Shown here: positions 59,637 to 64,000 of the stretch, piece after piece
Numbering within the stretch: position 1 is the stretch's first letter
How the letters are laid out: every line of letters begins with the position of its first letter
Assembly: GCA_963707635.1 (NCBI GenBank)
Contig: OY970173.1
Location: forward strand, 864,001-928,000
DNA from: Candidatus Latescibacterota bacterium
GTDB lineage: Bacteria > Krumholzibacteriota > Krumholzibacteriia > WVZY01 > JAKEHA01
Length of the DNA stretch: 64,000 nt
Direction of reading: 5' to 3'
Translations under genes and position numbers: made by a program
Notes under the pieces: generated by a model
Told to the model about the DNA's origin: nothing
Databases searched by the model: none
Seen by the model: only the letters and a program-made list of their open reading frames with translations

Positions 59637-60050
59637 ATGAACGACTGGGTCAAAGTGGCATCGTTCAGCCAGCCCTTCGAGGCCCACCTCGCGCGCACGA
59701 GGCTCGAGGCGGAAGGCATCGCCTGCGTCGTGAGCGACGAGTACCTGGTGCGCGTCGACTGGCTCCTGTCCAACGCGATCGGCGGGGTCAAACTCATGGT
59801 GCCCGCCGGGGAAGCGGCGCGCGCGCGCGAGACGCTGCGGCCGCGTCCGCACCTGGTCGTGGTCGCCCAGGCGGGCACGCCGTCGGATGGTGAGATGATC
59901 TGCCCGCGCTGCCGGTCCTACGACGTCTACTACAGCCATTACAGCCGCCGGATCGCCGGCGTGTTCATCCTGCTGCTCGGATTTCTCGTGCCGTGGCGGG
60001 ACCGTCGCTGGTCCTGCACGCAGTGCGGCTACGAGTGGAAGGAACGCTGA
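59637..60050 (+). CDS. DUF2007 (putative signal transducing) protein with zinc ribbon
   Basis: EAHLARTRLEAEGI...GGVKLMV; CPRC...CTQCGYEW around a hydrophobic segment. Confidence 0.82.
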   Translation: MNDWVKVASFSQPFEAHLARTRLEAEGIACVVSDEYLVRVDWLLSNAIGGVKLMVPAGEAARARETLRPRPHLVVVAQAGTPSDGEMICPRCRSYDVYYSHYSRRIAGVFILLLGFLVPWRDRRWSCTQCGYEWKER

Positions 60051-60054
60051 CGGA

Positions 60055-60540
60055 ATGGTCGATTCGGCCGGGAAGCCGGAACTCCCCGCCCCTCATGTCG
60101 AGGCCATACGCCGCCAGACCGCGATCATGGTCGGCGCCTTAGGGGTATCGCTGGTGACGTGCCTGGTGGTGGTCGAGGTGTTCCGCCGGTCTCGGCCCGT
60201 CACCCCTGCCATCACGGGGCTGGACCAGATCCGTATCGCTCTGTTCGTGGTCGTCGCCGTGTTGATTTTCACCTCGACCGTCCTCAAGAGCCTCCTGTTG
60301 CGTCAGCCGTCTCCCGACCCGGCGCTGCGCCTGGCGCGCATGCGCACCGCCACCATCCTGGCCGCCGCCATGGCGGAACTTCCCGCCATGCTCGGCCTGG
60401 TGCTATTCATCCTCGGCGGCTCGCAGAACGATTTCTACGTCCTCGCCATTGTATCGCTCTACATGCTCGTGCGACACTTCCCGCGCCGGGAACCCTGGGA
60501 CGCCTACGTGCAGCGCGGCGGCACGCATTCCGTGCGGTAG
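60055..60540 (+). CDS. Four-TM hypothetical membrane protein
   Basis: Four hydrophobic segments, AELPA..G, HFPRR.W. Confidence 0.75.
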   Translation: MVDSAGKPELPAPHVEAIRRQTAIMVGALGVSLVTCLVVVEVFRRSRPVTPAITGLDQIRIALFVVVAVLIFTSTVLKSLLLRQPSPDPALRLARMRTATILAAAMAELPAMLGLVLFILGGSQNDFYVLAIVSLYMLVRHFPRREPWDAYVQRGGTHSVR

Positions 60541-60609
60541 TGGCACAGCGGGTGGCGCCGACGGGCTGTCGGCGCCAGCACCCGCGGAGACCGACTTCAA
60601 GAGACAGCC

Positions 60610-61312
60610 ATGCTGGACCTCCGTCGCTTCGACGTCATTACTTTCGACTGCTACGGGACACTGATCGACTGGGAGACGGGGATTCTTTCCGCGCTGACGT
60701 CGTTTCGCTCCGAAAACAACCTGCGCGTCGCGGACGACGAGCTGCTGGAGAGTCTACGCCGCCCTCGAGACCGTGCTGCAAAGCGGGGATCACGTGAGCT
60801 ACCGCGAGGTGCTGCGCGGCGTCATGCGCGGACTCGCGACGCGGTATTCGGTCCCGACCAGCCGCATCGACACCGACGCGCTGGTGGCGTCGCTTCCGAC
60901 CTGGCCGCCGTTTTCCGACACGGTGGACGCGCTGCACCGGCTGCGCCGGCACTGCAAGCTGGGCATCATCAGCAACATCGACGACGAACTCTTCGCGGCC
61001 ACGTCGCTCGCGCTGGAGGTGCCCTTCGACTGGGTGATCACCGCCGAGCAGGTGCGCGCGTACAAGCCGTCGCGGCAGAACTTCGAACAGGCGCTGGAGC
61101 GGATCGGGATTCCGAAAGAACGCGTGTTGCACGCCGCCCAGAGCCGCTTCCACGACGTGGCACCGGCGAGCGCGCTGGGACTCGCCACCGTGTGGGTGAA
61201 TCGTCGGGGCGACAGGCCGGGCGCGGGCGCGACGGCGCCCTCGGACGCAACCGCGGACCTCGAGGTTCCCGACCTGGCGACGCTCGCCGACCGCATGGAG
61301 GCGCGCGCGTGA
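60610..61312 (+). CDS. Haloacid dehalogenase type II (HAD), frameshift near 60750
   Basis: TFDCYGTLIDWETGI in one frame; WPPFSDT, ISNID, YKP, HAAQSRFHD in the frame of ORF 60773..61312. Confidence 0.85.
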
Positions 61313-62253
61313 TCTGGAAGCCGATCGTGCGCGGGCTGGTGACCTATTTCCCGCCGATCGAGAAGCGCATCGCCAAGTCCACCCGCGGGACCGATTCCGC
61401 GCGCTACTGCTACTCGGTGTGGCTCCGGCACCTGGTCATGGCGCGCGCGAACGGGCTGGCCGACGACCCGCGCGTCGTCGCCGAACTGGGGCCGGGCGAT
61501 TCGCTGGGTATCGGGTTGGCCGCGCTGCTCACCGGGGCCTCGCGCTATGTCGGTCTCGACCGGGTCGCGTACGCCGACCCGTCGCGAAATGCCGCCGTGC
61601 TCGACGAACTGGTGGCGCTGTTTCGCGCGCGCGCGGCGATTCCCGACGCGGGTGAATTCCCGGAACTGAAGCCCTATTTGCCCTCCTACGAATTCCCGTC
61701 CGCGTTGCTGCCGTCCGCGCGCATGAGCGCCTGCCTGCTGGAGACGCGCGTGGACGCGATCCGCGCCGCGCTGCGAAGCATGAACGACGAATCGGGTGCC
61801 ATCACGATGGCGTATCGCGCGCCGTGGTTCGACCCGTCGGTCGTGCGCCGCGGCACGATCGACATGATCTACTCGCAGGCGGTGCTCGAGCACGTCGACG
61901 ACCTCGGCGCTACCTACGCCGCGCTGGCGGAGTGGCTCAAGCCGGGCGGGGTCGCATCGCACCAGATCGGATTCGTCTCCCACGGGTTGACCCCGGAGTG
62001 GAACGGTCACTGGGCCATCGCCGACCCGGTCTGGAAGGTGATCCGCGGCCGCCGGCCGTACCTCCTCAACCGCGAGCCGGCCTCGACGCACGTCCGCCTC
62101 ATCAAGCGCTCGGGGCTGAATGTGGCCGGCGAGGTGCGCGTGCAGATCGCGAGCGGGATCGAGCGCTCCCGGCTGGCGCGCCGGTTTCGGCAGATGTCCG
62201 ACGAAGACCTCACCACCAAGGCGATCTTTCTGCAGGCCGTCAAGCCGGCGTGA
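61309..62253 (+). CDS. SAM-dependent methyltransferase
   Basis: ELGPGDS, DMIYSQAVLEHV, LKPGG; GTG start overlapping the HAD stop. Confidence 0.85.
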   Translation: MIWKPIVRGLVTYFPPIEKRIAKSTRGTDSARYCYSVWLRHLVMARANGLADDPRVVAELGPGDSLGIGLAALLTGASRYVGLDRVAYADPSRNAAVLDELVALFRARAAIPDAGEFPELKPYLPSYEFPSALLPSARMSACLLETRVDAIRAALRSMNDESGAITMAYRAPWFDPSVVRRGTIDMIYSQAVLEHVDDLGATYAALAEWLKPGGVASHQIGFVSHGLTPEWNGHWAIADPVWKVIRGRRPYLLNREPASTHVRLIKRSGLNVAGEVRVQIASGIERSRLARRFRQMSDEDLTTKAIFLQAVKPA

Positions 62254-62267
62254 GGTAGCCGCCGGCG

Positions 62268-63122
62268 TCAGCGCGGCGTGCGCGCGGCCACGACGATCCC
62301 GGGGAACGGCAGGCGTGAGAGGTTCCGGCGAAGGCCACGGGGCAGCGCGCCGAGGGCCACTTCCAGCGCGCAGACCAACCCGATCGGCAGCCGCGCCGAG
62401 AAGCCGCGTGCGCTCCAGATCGCGGTCACCGTCCGATAACCGCACGCGTGCAACGCCGCGTTCAGCTCCCGATACGTCCATTCCTTCAGGTGGAATCCCT
62501 CCGCGTTGCCCCGGGTGAAATAGCGCGAGATGTCGTGCGGCCCGGTGAACCGGTGCGGGGTTCGCAGCAGGTACGTCCCGCCGGATACCAGCGCGCGGGC
62601 CACGGCGCGAAGATGCAGCTCCGCGTCGTCGGGGTGGAGGTGTTCGAGCAACTGGTCGCTGAAGGCGAGGTCGAACGAGCGGGCGGCGAACGGAAACTCG
62701 AAGCCGTCGTAGAGCACGAGCGCAAAATTGCGCGCCGCGGCGTCCAGGCGCGCGCCCTTCGACGAGATTTCCACTCCGCAGACGAAACGGACCCGCGGAG
62801 CCAGCTCGATGCCGAATGCACAGTCTCCCGCGCCGACTTCGAGCACGCGCAAGCCCGGGGTGAGAAACGGGGCGAGGAGCCGGAGCTTGCGGTGGTTGCG
62901 GCGCGCGACTTCGCCGGGGGTCTCGCGCAGAACCAGGCGCGGGTGGTCCGGCACCTCCGCGAAGAGCGTGTCGTACATGGTCTCGTAGATCTTCGCGCGC
63001 TCGAGACGCGTCGGCGCGCTTCGCAGCCGGTCGGCCAGGGCCCGTTCGACGTCGTAGTGGTGCCGGAGCCGGTCCGCCGAGCGGCGACGGTCGGGGGAGG
63101 TTCCCTTGTGCGCGGTGTTCAA
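62268..63122 (-). CDS. Class I SAM-dependent methyltransferase (start uncertain: TTG 63122 or ATG 63158)
   Basis: VLEVGAGDC, FDLAFSDQLLEHLHP, GPHD, HLKE; GGAG before TTG. Confidence 0.85.
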   Translation of the reverse strand: MNTAHKGTSPDRRRSADRLRHHYDVERALADRLRSAPTRLERAKIYETMYDTLFAEVPDHPRLVLRETPGEVARRNHRKLRLLAPFLTPGLRVLEVGAGDCAFGIELAPRVRFVCGVEISSKGARLDAAARNFALVLYDGFEFPFAARSFDLAFSDQLLEHLHPDDAELHLRAVARALVSGGTYLLRTPHRFTGPHDISRYFTRGNAEGFHLKEWTYRELNAALHACGYRTVTAIWSARGFSARLPIGLVCALEVALGALPRGLRRNLSRLPFPGIVVAARTPR

Positions 63123-63207
63123 TCCATTCTCCACCGGGGCGAGGTGTGGGCGCATCATAGCATCGAACCCCGATGGCCGCATCGCCTTCCCGGCGGTGCG
63201 CGCACGC

Positions 63208-63244
63208 AAAAAAACGCCCGGCGCGATGTCGCACCGGGCGCTTT
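63208..63244 (-). terminator. Intrinsic terminator
   Basis: Minus strand CGCCCGGTGCG-ACAT-CGCGCCGGGCG followed by T7. Confidence 0.85.
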
Positions 63245-63269
63245 CAATCAGACAGCGATTAAGGCAGGG

Positions 63270-63965
63270 CTAGCGGTAGAGCGCCTTGACCGAACCCCAC
63301 GAAACCGGGTTGGTCGGAAGCGTGTTCATCCGCGCGATGAAGATCCAGTCGCGCGATCCGCTGGTGCCCGGCTGGAGCCAGCCGTTGCCCGACCAGATCG
63401 ACGGGTCGTTCGCGACGGTCGTGTTGCCCTTCGAGTCCCAGTCGTTGTCGAAGATGAACGAGCAACCCGTGGCGTCGGTCAAATCGGTGAAGGTGAACGT
63501 CTGGTTACCGCCCCAGCCGTCCAGATGGACCGTCCCGGAGTTGAGCGCGCTATCATCCGTGACATAGACGTCGTTGCCCGCCGCGCCGGGGCAGTTGTCT
63601 CTCTGCGTCACGTTCGCCGTGTACCAGAAGTCGATGTCGACCCAGCCGCGGCTCGAGGCGGACCACCCGCCGCCGGTATCCTGTCCGCCGTAGGCACGTC
63701 CGTAGATGTGCACCGTGCCCGCGCCGTTGTCGTACACGAGCGTCATGGCCGCCGAGCCGCTGCCGTTGACGAAGTCGAAGCTGAACGTCCACTCGCCGCT
63801 CCCCAGGAGATCGTCGAGACGGAGTCCGTACATCGGCGGGTTGATGACGCCGTCCGGATGATCGTGAAGTGTGAAAACGGTAACGCCGGCGGTCGCGGGA
63901 ACTGTGGCGACGCCGCCGACGAAAGCGCCGACGAGCAAGGTCGCCAGCACGGCACGTTTGAACAT
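63270..63965 (-). CDS. Secreted beta-rich protein with SWGSVKALYR tail
   Basis: Signal peptide MFKRAVLATLLVGAFVGGVATVPATA; GGAGG SD; ends TNPVSWGSVKALYR. Confidence 0.85.
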   Translation of the reverse strand: MFKRAVLATLLVGAFVGGVATVPATAGVTVFTLHDHPDGVINPPMYGLRLDDLLGSGEWTFSFDFVNGSGSAAMTLVYDNGAGTVHIYGRAYGGQDTGGGWSASSRGWVDIDFWYTANVTQRDNCPGAAGNDVYVTDDSALNSGTVHLDGWGGNQTFTFTDLTDATGCSFIFDNDWDSKGNTTVANDPSIWSGNGWLQPGTSGSRDWIFIARMNTLPTNPVSWGSVKALYR

Positions 63966-64000
63966 TAGCATATCCTCCATTGTCCTCCATTTTCTCCGAA

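Noticed and set aside
5470..60760. Programmed ribosomal frameshifting or phase variation at the broken genes
   Set aside because: No slippery heptamers or long simple-sequence tracts at the break points, and the affected genes are functionally unrelated.
60610..62253. Apparent fusion ORFs (HAD + methyltransferase 60610..62253; also 1982..3406, 49977..52130, 35358..36755, 22309..23850)
   Set aside because: Explained by a frameshift or by upstream open-frame extension; the real starts are internal.

Overview
GC-rich bacterial chromosomal window of about 60 protein genes and one tRNA-Val(CAC). By inference from gene content and the WGxxKALY protein tails, it may come from an uncultured FCB-related lineage such as Ca. 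Krumholzibacteria/Eisenbacteria/Latescibacteria. Much of it is housekeeping: ppk2, nth, rsgA, queD/C/E, HU, ltaE, rsmI, tmk, ctpA, dusB, larB/C, pgeF. Accessory modules: (1) three tandem secreted DQFG-repeat paralogs plus an unrelated secreted protein, all ending in a (T/S)WGx(I/V)KALY(R/H) tail that is a candidate protein-sorting signal; two of the paralogs share a structured 5' leader. (2) An exported TPR-CHAT protease next to an ECF sigma/anti-sigma pair. (3) A cytoplasmic S8 + C25-like protease + small-protein operon. (4) An FHA/phosphatase/Ser-Thr kinase operon with a sigma54-type promoter, and a 1481-aa TPR-GAF sigma54 activator. (5) A TlpA-DUF4266-DUF3570-ApbE flavinylation cluster. (6) DUF366 inside the que operon. 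The tRNA overlaps the stop codon of the upstream PPIase gene. Six single-indel frameshifts look like assembly errors. No CRISPR array, integrase or transposase was seen. All family assignments come from motif recognition by eye, not database searches.
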